From positions 64,001 through 128,000 of the forward strand of contig JAXMNT010000017.1 of assembly GCA_034670305.1 (NCBI GenBank): 64,000 bases of DNA, written 5' to 3'. Positions 56,715 to 64,000 of this stretch are shown piece after piece; position 1 is the first letter of the stretch; each line of letters starts with the position of its first letter. The DNA comes from Deltaproteobacteria bacterium. GTDB taxonomy: Bacteria; Myxococcota_A; Polyangia; Polyangiales; Houyiibacteriaceae. Below the pieces are notes generated by a model. That model was given only the letters and a program-made list of their open reading frames with translations, did no database searches and was not told the DNA's origin. Both the position numbers and the translations under genes were made by a program.

Positions 56715-56788
56715 TCGGCTTCGGGGTCGGCTTCGGCTTTCGGCGTCGGCTTCGGCTTCGGCGTCGGCTCCGGGGTCGGCTTCGGTCT
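56715..56788 (-). repeat. GCCGAA-type hexamer array
   Basis: Direct reading. Confidence 0.85.
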
Positions 56789-56857
56789 TCAACCACCCCA
56801 AACGCAGAAAATCGCCCTCACCGGATGGCGAGGACGACCTTCGAAGTACCGGAAGAA

Positions 56858-57259
56858 CTACTTCTTCTTCGGCTTCTGGGAGCGGATGACGTCTTCCGCA
56901 CCGTGCGAGCGGCTCGCGCGGAGGCGGGCCTTCTTGCCGCGCAGGTCGCGGAGGTAGTAGAGGCGCGCCTGGCGGACGTGGCCGCGGGCGGTGATCTCCA
57001 CCTTTTCGATGCGCGGCGAGTGCACCGGGAAGATGCGCTCGACGCCGACGCTGTAGGAGACCTTCCGGACGGTGAACGTCGCGCGGGAGCTCTCTCCACG
57101 GCGGCGGATCACGACGCCCTCGAAGACCTGGACACGCTCTTTCTCACCCTCACGGATGCGGAAGTGAACGCGGACGGTGTCACCAACCCGGAACTCGAGA
57201 ACGTCGGGGTTCAGCTGCGCGGATTCGATGGCGGTGATTTGGGGGACGGTGCTGCTCAT
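56858..57259 (-). CDS. rplS: 50S ribosomal protein L19
   Basis: [50 protein letters not shown]. Confidence 0.98.
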   Translation of the reverse strand: MSSTVPQITAIESAQLNPDVLEFRVGDTVRVHFRIREGEKERVQVFEGVVIRRRGESSRATFTVRKVSYSVGVERIFPVHSPRIEKVEITARGHVRQARLYYLRDLRGKKARLRASRSHGAEDVIRSQKPKKK

Positions 57260-57374
57260 GGGACTGTCTTTGTTGGGGGCCCGCAAAGAGGAGGGGCCGG
57301 TTCGCGCAAAAGGTGCTGCGAGGGACGCGGTCCGTAGCATGGCCGGCCCGCGGTGCCAACCCGCTTTGTACCCC

Positions 57375-58166
57375 TCAATCCAGGCGAATCGTCCGGGAGA
57401 AGACCTCGTACCTCGAGTCGGTCTGGGTGAAGACCTCCAGGAGCACCGGTTCGGTGGGGTCGGGTCGGGGATCGGTCGGCCCGGCCACCCGCACATCCAG
57501 CCGGTAGCTCGAGTCCGCCCCGTCGCTCAGCATGGTTCGGTTCGGATCCCGGACCGTCTCCACGGTGCCCAGCGTAGGACCGGTCAGTCGCGCCCACACG
57601 AGCGTGCATGTGAAGCTGTCGCCGTACGCCCTCGGGTCCAGGACCAACTCGACGAACAAGCCGTCCGTGTCGCACTGGAGCGGCAAGACCTCGTCTTCGG
57701 CCACCAACCGGGTGGGGTCGGATGCTGGGCCCACGCCATCGGCGCGCTCCACGGGGCCCCCCACCGGGTCCGGGAACGCCGGCGCGCACTCGTTGCCCGG
57801 ATCGTGGGGGGCGAAACACGCCGGTCCTCCGTCGCGTGGACCTGCGTCGATCGGGCCCCCGTCCGAAGGGCCGCCGTCGATTCGGTCGCCGCAGGCCTCG
57901 ATGAAATGGCGGCACACGTCGTCGGGGAGGTCCGACGCGTCGTCGTGCTCTCGGTCCCCACACACGACCCCGCTGTCGAGTTCCACCCGGCTCGGGAATT
58001 CGGGGGGACACTCGAAGCCGCCCCGCACGACGATGTAGACGCAGTAGCGGCCGGTCCCGCCCACCTCCGCCACCCCTTCCGTCGGGCAGGCGTGGAGCAT
58101 GGGCTCACTTCCGTTGCACGCTCCGAGAACCCCCAGCACCACCGCCACAATTGCTGTTCTTTTCAT
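57375..58166 (-). CDS. Hypothetical Cys-containing lipoprotein
   Basis: [17 protein letters not shown] lipobox; DGGP linker. Confidence 0.75.
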   Translation of the reverse strand: MKRTAIVAVVLGVLGACNGSEPMLHACPTEGVAEVGGTGRYCVYIVVRGGFECPPEFPSRVELDSGVVCGDREHDDASDLPDDVCRHFIEACGDRIDGGPSDGGPIDAGPRDGGPACFAPHDPGNECAPAFPDPVGGPVERADGVGPASDPTRLVAEDEVLPLQCDTDGLFVELVLDPRAYGDSFTCTLVWARLTGPTLGTVETVRDPNRTMLSDGADSSYRLDVRVAGPTDPRPDPTEPVLLEVFTQTDSRYEVFSRTIRLD

Positions 58167-58250
58167 GAGTTCCACTCTGGCGGTGCGACCGATGCACTTC
58201 AATCCATCCGGACGAATTACCGGTGCAACTCACTGCACCCCGCTGACGGA

Positions 58251-58973
58251 TCAGAGGCGCTGAGGTCGAGTGGTGGCGCAGAACACCACCGATGCTTCGA
58301 TCGCATCGTCTTTCGATTCGGCCCGCGCGTCGGCCTCGATCACCAACCGCTCGAGGTGTTCGTACGCTTGCTTTGCGAGGGCTGGGAGCTCGTCTGAAGC
58401 CACCGAGAACGTCAGCACCCGCGCCATGGACGCATCGTCCGAGGGCACGAAGAACCGCTGAAAGATGGTCTGGGTGACGACCTCCAGCAGGTGACGCAGC
58501 GAGCTGAATCGCTGATCGAAGTCGCCGCCCAAGAGATCCAGAAGCGCGGCGCGCACTCGGATCGATGTGCCCTCGCGCTCGAGCAGTTGATCCTCCAACA
58601 ACGACTCCAGCTCGGCCGAAAACTCCGGGTGGGCCCGAACTCGCACGCTGAACTCGGCTTCCGTGGTGGCGGTCGTCGCTGCTTCACGAACGATCCGGCG
58701 GCGCAGTTCCAGCCGCTCCGATTGCGGCAAGGGCGCGTTCTCCGCCGCGGACTTGGCGAGCGTCGCCACGGTCCGTCGGCTCTTACCCAGTCGGCGCGCC
58801 ATCTGCTCCCAGCTCAGACCGCGCTTCTTGAGAAGCTGGAAGTACCCGCGGTCGAGCGAGTTGCGAACGTCGTCGAGCGACATGCCCGTGTGGCGCGCGA
58901 GGGTGGCGACCGGTTCGAGGAGCGCTTCGACGACCCGGATCCGCAGGTCGATCGCGGAAGGTTGGTTGGCCAT
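58251..58973 (-). CDS. HTH-containing putative regulator (DUF6502-like)
   Basis: LLEPV..LA...G.S...GLSWEQMARRLGKSRRTV helix-turn-helix. Confidence 0.6.
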   Translation of the reverse strand: MANQPSAIDLRIRVVEALLEPVATLARHTGMSLDDVRNSLDRGYFQLLKKRGLSWEQMARRLGKSRRTVATLAKSAAENAPLPQSERLELRRRIVREAATTATTEAEFSVRVRAHPEFSAELESLLEDQLLEREGTSIRVRAALLDLLGGDFDQRFSSLRHLLEVVTQTIFQRFFVPSDDASMARVLTFSVASDELPALAKQAYEHLERLVIEADARAESKDDAIEASVVFCATTRPQRL

Positions 58974-59047
58974 GCCGCGAGTCTATCGCTGCGTTGGGCG
59001 TCGTCTCCCGAGTTCCGCCCCACCGCTCAGGTTTCCAGCCCTCAGAG

Positions 59048-59602
59048 TCACTCCCCGACGAGGCGGTCGAGGGTGATCGCGACCGCGGACCGGACGCTGA
59101 GGTGGTTCCAGCGGCCCGCGCGGATGGGGGCGAGCACCGCGTCGACGCTCGAGAGCACCTCGTCGGCCAAGCCGTGGCCGGTGCCGAAGAGCAGGAGCGT
59201 GGGCTGGGTCTGGGTTTCGAGCTGCGCCCTCCCCTCGGCCCAGCCGATCACGGGATGGTCGCCGCTGGCCGCGGTGGCGAGGATCCGGGGCGCCTGCCCT
59301 TCCCGCTCGGTGATGTCGGCGACCGCGTCGGACACGAGCGCGACGCAGCGGGCGCGGGCCAGTGCTTCGACGCGCTTCGGGACCCGGAACCGGCCGTCGC
59401 CTTCGGTCCAGTGGGTGAGGATGTGGTCGACCACCGCGCGCTGGGCGGTGATGGGGTTGACCAAGTACGTCGCCTTCACGTCGAACGCGCGCGCGCTGCG
59501 CGGGAGGTCGTGCACGTCGAGGTTCGTGACCGAGGTCGTGATGGTCGCGCCGGTCTTGTCCTTGATCGGGTAGTGCACGAGCGCGATGTAGAGGGGGCTC
59601 AC
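59048..59602 (-). CDS. SPOUT RNA methyltransferase (trmD-associated, DUF2168-like)
   Basis: YIALVHYP, TSVTNLDVHD..RS, LLLFGTG.GL, NHLSVRSA.AI.LDRL. Confidence 0.92.
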   Translation of the reverse strand: MSPLYIALVHYPIKDKTGATITTSVTNLDVHDLPRSARAFDVKATYLVNPITAQRAVVDHILTHWTEGDGRFRVPKRVEALARARCVALVSDAVADITEREGQAPRILATAASGDHPVIGWAEGRAQLETQTQPTLLLFGTGHGLADEVLSSVDAVLAPIRAGRWNHLSVRSAVAITLDRLVGE

Positions 59603-60357
59603 GTGGAGGTCTTTCGTTCGTCCTGGAGTTCGCGCAGGAGCACGCGGTCGTCGTCGCTCAGTTCGGCGCGTTCGATCAAATCGGGCCGCCGCTCCATCGT
59701 CCTACGGAGCGCTTCTTTGCGGCGCCAGCGTTCGATCTTCGCGTGGTGTCCGCTGAGCAGGATCGGAGGCACCGACACCCCACGAAACTCAGCCGGGCGG
59801 GTGAACTGCGGGTACTCGAGCAGACCGGTCGAATGCGATTCTTCGACCGCCGACTCGCGGTTGCCGAGCACGCCGGGCACGAGCCGCGCGGTGGCTTCGA
59901 CCAGGGTCAGCGCCGCCATCTCGCCGCCGAGCAAGACGAAGTCCCCCAGCGAGACCTCTTCGTCGACGAGACCGCGGATGCGGTCGTCGAACCCCTCGTA
60001 GCGTCCGCACACGAGCGTCAGGCATGGCTCGAGCGCGAACCGCTCCGCCATCGACTGCTGGAAGGGTTGGCCCTGGGGCGTGAGCAGGATGCGTTTGGTG
60101 CATCCCGGCGTTCCGTCTGGCTGCACCCGGCGTTCGTCGAGCGCGTCGAGCGCGCTCGCGACCGGCGGCGCCATCATCACCATGCCGCTGCCACCGCCGT
60201 ACGGGGTGTCGTCGACCGAGCGGTGTTTGTCGGTCGCGAACTCGCGCGGGTTGATCGCGTCGAGCGTGACCAGACCCTGGTCGACGGCTTTGCCGAGCAG
60301 TCCGATCTTCAGGGTGTCGAGGAACTCCGGAAAGAGCGTGACGAGCTCGAACCTCAC
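59599..60357 (-). CDS. trmD: tRNA (guanine37-N1)-methyltransferase
   Basis: VDD.PYGGG.GM, LVCGRYEG.D.R, SLGDFVL.GGE, LLEYPQFTRP, LLSG.H. Confidence 0.98.
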   Translation of the reverse strand: MRFELVTLFPEFLDTLKIGLLGKAVDQGLVTLDAINPREFATDKHRSVDDTPYGGGSGMVMMAPPVASALDALDERRVQPDGTPGCTKRILLTPQGQPFQQSMAERFALEPCLTLVCGRYEGFDDRIRGLVDEEVSLGDFVLLGGEMAALTLVEATARLVPGVLGNRESAVEESHSTGLLEYPQFTRPAEFRGVSVPPILLSGHHAKIERWRRKEALRRTMERRPDLIERAELSDDDRVLLRELQDERKTST

Positions 60358-60959
60358 CCGTCGATCACCGGCAGATCGTCCCAGGCGCCGACGACCAACA
60401 CGCCTTCTTCGACGTCGATGGCGAGGGTCCACGGCTCCTGGAGCGGGACCTCGCGGATGCCGTCTTCGCAGACGACCTTCACGCAGGTGGCGGCCGGGTA
60501 CTCGTAGACCTCTTCGACTTCGCCGACCTCTTCGGGTTCGCCTTCGCCGAGATCCTGGAAGACCAAGAGGCCCACCAAGTCGCGCAGGTAGAACTCGTCC
60601 GGGTCGGGCGGCGGCAGCTCGCTCCGGCGCAGGCACACCTCGTGACCACGAAGTGCCTCGGAGCCCTCGCGGGTGTTCACCCCTTCGAGCACGAAGATGA
60701 GGAACTTCGCCGCGCGGGAGATCTTCTTGACCTTGATCCGGCGCTCTTGGCCCTCGTGCAAGAGCACCACGTGGCGCGGTCCATCCCACAGCGGCGACTT
60801 CGGGTGGAACGCGTGCACGCGAACGTCGCCCTTGATGCCGTGCGGTTTGATCACGACCCCGAGCGGGACGAGTTCGTCCGGATCCGGGCCCGATGGTGCC
60901 GGAGCAGGATCCGCGCCGGCCCCCGCGCTCGAAGTGGACTTCGGTTCTTCGGGGGCCAT
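60354..60959 (-). CDS. rimM: Ribosome maturation factor RimM
   Basis: G...KPHGIKG.V.V, LP....DEFY..DL.GL; synteny. Confidence 0.95.
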   Translation of the reverse strand: MAPEEPKSTSSAGAGADPAPAPSGPDPDELVPLGVVIKPHGIKGDVRVHAFHPKSPLWDGPRHVVLLHEGQERRIKVKKISRAAKFLIFVLEGVNTREGSEALRGHEVCLRRSELPPPDPDEFYLRDLVGLLVFQDLGEGEPEEVGEVEEVYEYPAATCVKVVCEDGIREVPLQEPWTLAIDVEEGVLVVGAWDDLPVIDG

Positions 60960-60969
60960 GCGCGGCGCG

Positions 60970-61218
60970 CTACTCGAGGATTTCGAGGATGGCGCGCTTG
61001 CGGCTGCGTGCCGACATCGTGCTCAAGAGGGTGCGCATCGCACGGGCGGTGCGGCCTTCTTTGCCGATGACCTTGCCGAGGTCGTCTTCGGCGACCGTCA
61101 GCTCGATGACGTGCGCACGGTCGCCATCGACGACGGCGACTTCGACCTGATCGGGATCGTCCACCAGCGCCTTGGCGAGAAAGGAGACGAGCTCCGTCAT
61201 CGCTTCGACGTGGGTCAA
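60970..61218 (-). CDS. khpA: KH-domain RNA-binding protein
   Basis: LVDDPDQV, DLGKVIGKEGRTARAMRTLL; located between rpsP and rimM. Confidence 0.93.
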   Translation of the reverse strand: MTHVEAMTELVSFLAKALVDDPDQVEVAVVDGDRAHVIELTVAEDDLGKVIGKEGRTARAMRTLLSTMSARSRKRAILEILE

Positions 61219-61475
61219 GACTCGACCGTCGGGGTGGGAAGCTTGAGGTGGTCGCGCATGAGCTTGTTCACGCGGGTGCTGGTCTTGGCGCCGACGCTCA
61301 ACCAGTAGCCGATGCGCGCATGGTCGACCTTCGCCTCGGCGAGGGGCCGGGCGGGGTCGTAGTGACCGACCTGCTCGATGAAACGACCGTCGCGGGCGCT
61401 GCTCTTGTCGGTGACGACGATGTGGTAAAACGGGCGCCGTTTGGAGCCGCCGCGGGAGAGTCGAATCTTGACCAT
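61215..61475 (-). CDS. rpsP: 30S ribosomal protein S16
   Basis: MVKIRLSRGG.K.RPFY.IVV.D....RDGRFIE..G.YDP. Confidence 0.98.
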   Translation of the reverse strand: MVKIRLSRGGSKRRPFYHIVVTDKSSARDGRFIEQVGHYDPARPLAEAKVDHARIGYWLSVGAKTSTRVNKLMRDHLKLPTPTVES

Positions 61476-61638
61476 GGTTGTTTCCTTGTCCGGACCTGGT
61501 TGGGTCCGTGAAGTGCCCGGGTGGGCGTGGAGAGGCGGCACAACGCGCGCCAATCCAGAATCGTGGGGTGGCCGAAAAGGCCGTCGAGGCCGCGGAACCT
61601 AACCCCGCCCGCCAATCGAGGCAAGCCGAGGGCCCTGC

Positions 61639-61928
61639 GAGACAGTGGCAGAGACAGCGGCAGAGACAGCGGCAGAGACAGCGGCAGAGACAGCGGCAGA
61701 GACAGCGGCAGAGACAGCGGCAGAGACAGCGGCAGAGACAGCGGCAGCAGCAGCAGCAGCAGCAGAGACAGCGGCAGGGTCAGGTCGGCTTCGGTGTCGG
61801 CCTCGGGGTCGGCTTCGGCTTCGGCTTCGGGGTCGGCTTCGGGGTCGGCTTCGGGGTCGGCTTCGGCTTCGGCTTCGGCGTCGGCGTCGGCTTCGGCTTC
61901 GGTCAGCGGTCAGCGGTCAGTCGTCAGC
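61639..61928. repeat. Compound array: (GAGACAGCGGCA)n, GGCTTC hexamers and CAGCGGT heptamers
   Basis: Direct reading; between bcp and rpsP. Confidence 0.95.
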
Positions 61929-62394
61929 CTGCGTCCGCGAGGATGACGTCGAGCACTTTCTGGGCATGGCCCTTGGAGGTCGCCCGCTTCCAGTGTTTCA
62001 CCACTTTGCCGTCCGGTCCGATGAGCACGGTCGAGCGGATGACGCCGACGGTCTTCTTGCCGTACATGTTCTTCTCGCCCCAGGCGCCGTACTTCTCCAT
62101 GACCTTGCCGTCCGTGTCGCTCAAGAGCGCCACCGTCAGCTTCTCTTTGTCGCGGAACTTGCAATGGGTCTCGACCGAGTCCTTGCTGATCCCGAAGACG
62201 ATGGCGTTGGCCTTCTCGAACTTCTTCTTCAGCGCGGTGAACTCGGTCGCCTGGATGGTGCAGCCCGGCGTCATGTCCTTCGGGTAGAAGTAGACGACGA
62301 CGTATTTGCCCTTCTGGTCCGTGAGTTTGACCTTCGATCCGTCGTAGGTCGGGAGCGTGAACGCGGGGGGCTTTTTGCCAACTTCGATGGGCAT
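61924..62394 (-). CDS. bcp: Peroxiredoxin Bcp/PrxQ
   Basis: YFYPKD.TPGCT.QA, GISKDS, WGEK.MYGK...G..RST.LI. Confidence 0.95.
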   Translation of the reverse strand: MPIEVGKKPPAFTLPTYDGSKVKLTDQKGKYVVVYFYPKDMTPGCTIQATEFTALKKKFEKANAIVFGISKDSVETHCKFRDKEKLTVALLSDTDGKVMEKYGAWGEKNMYGKKTVGVIRSTVLIGPDGKVVKHWKRATSKGHAQKVLDVILADAG

Positions 62395-62453
62395 GATCTG
62401 GGTTCCTTGCAGGGTCAGGCCGGACGCGCCGGCGGGTTCAAAGTCTCAGGGCT

Positions 62454-63299
62454 TCAGGAGCGCGCGAACGCAGCCTGGACCGTGTTGGAGAGCAGCATGG
62501 CGATGGTCATCGGGCCGACGCCGCCGGGGACGGGCGTGATGTGTCCGGCGCGCGCTTCCGCCGAGGCGTAGTCGACGTCGCCCGCCAACGTCCCGTCGTC
62601 GAGCCGGTTGATGCCGACGTCGATGACGACCGCGCCTTCTTTGAGCCACTCGCCGCGCACGAGACCCGCGCGGCCGACCGCCGCGACGACCACATCGGCT
62701 TCGGCGACACGCGCCGCGAGGTCCGCGGTTCGGGAGTGGGCCATGGTCACCGTCGCGTTGGCGGCCAGCAGCATCAGCGCGATCGGCTTTCCGACCAGCA
62801 GGCTGCGCCCAATGACGAGCGCGCGTTTGCCGTTCAAGTCGAGGCCGGTCTCCGCGATGAGCCGCATGCAGCCGCTGGGTGTGCACGGACGAAGGCCGTG
62901 GCGGCCGTCCATCAACAGACCCGCACTGACCGGCGTGAGTCCGTCGACGTCCTTGCTCGGATCGATGCGGTCGAGCACTGCCTGGGCGTCGAGTCCATCC
63001 GGCAGGGGCAGCTGCACGAGGATGCCGTCGATGTCCGGCGCGTCGTTGAGCTTGGTGACCAGCGCTTCGAGGTCTGTCTGGGAGACGTCGGCGGGCAGCC
63101 GGTGCACCTCCCCTGCGATCTCGCACTTCTTCGCGGAGCGTTCTTTGTTGCGCACGTAGACCTGCGAGGCCGGGTCGTCGCCGACGAGCACCACGTGCAG
63201 GCCGGGCTTGCGGCCGTGCTTCTTCGCGAAGGCTTCCGCCTCCGTTTTCACTTCCGCCCGCACCGTCTTGGCGAGGGCTTTGCCATCGAGTCGTGCCAT
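62454..63299 (-). CDS. folD: Methylenetetrahydrofolate dehydrogenase/cyclohydrolase
   Basis: [52 protein letters not shown]. Confidence 0.98.
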   Translation of the reverse strand: MARLDGKALAKTVRAEVKTEAEAFAKKHGRKPGLHVVLVGDDPASQVYVRNKERSAKKCEIAGEVHRLPADVSQTDLEALVTKLNDAPDIDGILVQLPLPDGLDAQAVLDRIDPSKDVDGLTPVSAGLLMDGRHGLRPCTPSGCMRLIAETGLDLNGKRALVIGRSLLVGKPIALMLLAANATVTMAHSRTADLAARVAEADVVVAAVGRAGLVRGEWLKEGAVVIDVGINRLDDGTLAGDVDYASAEARAGHITPVPGGVGPMTIAMLLSNTVQAAFARS

Positions 63300-63376
63300 G
63301 GCCGGGGCGATACCACAGCGGGGGGAAGGCGTCAGCCGGGCATGTGATCCCGTGCCCTCACCGCGGTGCCCAAACG

Positions 63377-63573
63377 TGCCCTTGCCCGTGCCCTTGCCCG
63401 TGCCCTCAAGGCACGAAACCGACCCCGAAGGCGACTCCGAAGCCGACCCCGAATCCGACCCCGAATCCGACCCCGAAGCCGACCCCGAAGCCGACCCCGA
63501 ATCCGACCCCGAAGCCGACCCCGAAGCCGACCCCGAAGCCGACACCGAAGCCGACACCGAAGCCGACCCCGAA
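63377..63573 (+). repeat. GCCCTT/GCCCGT array followed by a GCCGACCCCGAA array
   Basis: Direct reading. Confidence 0.93.
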
Positions 63574-63588
63574 CGATTGGATCGCGGT

Positions 63589-63999
63589 TCAGGCGGGGGT
63601 GATGCTCAGGCCGAGGTCGGCTTCTCCGACCGCGTCCGTGCGCTCGACGTCGCCCTTCGCGAACGAGGTCGCGAGGGTCTCTTTGGCGATGGTGGCCTTG
63701 TGTTCGTCGATGGCGGCGGCGAGTTCGCCTTCCGCGCTCCACTGCACTGCGATGCGGGCTTCGAAGGCGAGGTCCAGGTCCTTGCGCATCTTCTGGATCC
63801 GGCTCGTGACCTCACGGGCCAACCCAGCACGCACGAGGGCGGGCGTGAGCGTCGTGTCGAGCACCACGACGTGTCCGCCTTCGGCGGAGGCGGCGAACCC
63901 TTCTTTGGCGGCGAGCCGGATCTCGACGTCGTCGGGGCCGAGTTCGATCGCGCCGCTCGGCAGGTCGACGCTGATCGATCCGCCCTTCGAGAGCACCGC
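63589..63999 (-). CDS. ileS: Isoleucine-tRNA ligase (type 2), C-terminal part
   Basis: VVLDT.LT..L...GLARE....IQ.MRK..DL....RI...I..ETLA; truncated at the window edge. Confidence 0.88.
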   Translation of the reverse strand, partial: AVLSKGGSISVDLPSGAIELGPDDVEIRLAAKEGFAASAEGGHVVVLDTTLTPALVRAGLAREVTSRIQKMRKDLDLAFEARIAVQWSAEGELAAAIDEHKATIAKETLATSFAKGDVERTDAVGEADLGLSITPA

Positions 64000-64000
64000 G

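Noticed and set aside
1-64000. tRNA or rRNA genes, prophage
   Set aside because: No cloverleaf or rRNA signatures and no phage hallmark genes were recognised; small RNAs could be missed by eye.

Overview
High-GC window, most likely a myxobacterial (Myxococcota, Polyangia/Sandaracinaceae-like) chromosome; the taxon is inferred from gene content. It appears to span the replication terminus: a 28-bp dif-like Xer site at 46234-46261, with KOPS octamers (GGGNAGGG) pointing toward it from both sides and IS/gene debris beside it. Main blocks, left to right: (1) type IV pilin locus with PilR, a sigma54 promoter and twin enhancer boxes, three pilin-like genes, a TMTC-like GT-C glycosyltransferase and a PilG-like protein; (2) a lipoprotein/GbsR operon ending in an unusual voltage-sensor plus CASTOR/POLLUX-like channel; (3) an FHA-EBP, adenylate cyclase, Ser/Thr kinase and LysM-FecR signalling module; (4) TraB-like OmpA/TSP3, apaG, macro-domain, SUA5-like, coaBC and VanW genes; (5) Cys-rich lipoproteins, one with 18 disintegrin-like repeats; (6) yfgM-bamB; (7) an Rrf2-cysK-E1-sulfur carrier-cysM-JAMM operon whose E1 appears split into a catalytic subunit and a mini-E1 carrying the missing N-terminal Arg helix; (8) rpsP-khpA-rimM-trmD-(SPOUT)-rplS, bcp, folD and the 3' end of ileS. 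Many intergenic gaps hold degenerate hexamer-based tandem arrays. No rRNA, tRNA or CRISPR array was seen. All calls come from motif recognition by eye; no database searches were run, and several start codons are estimates.
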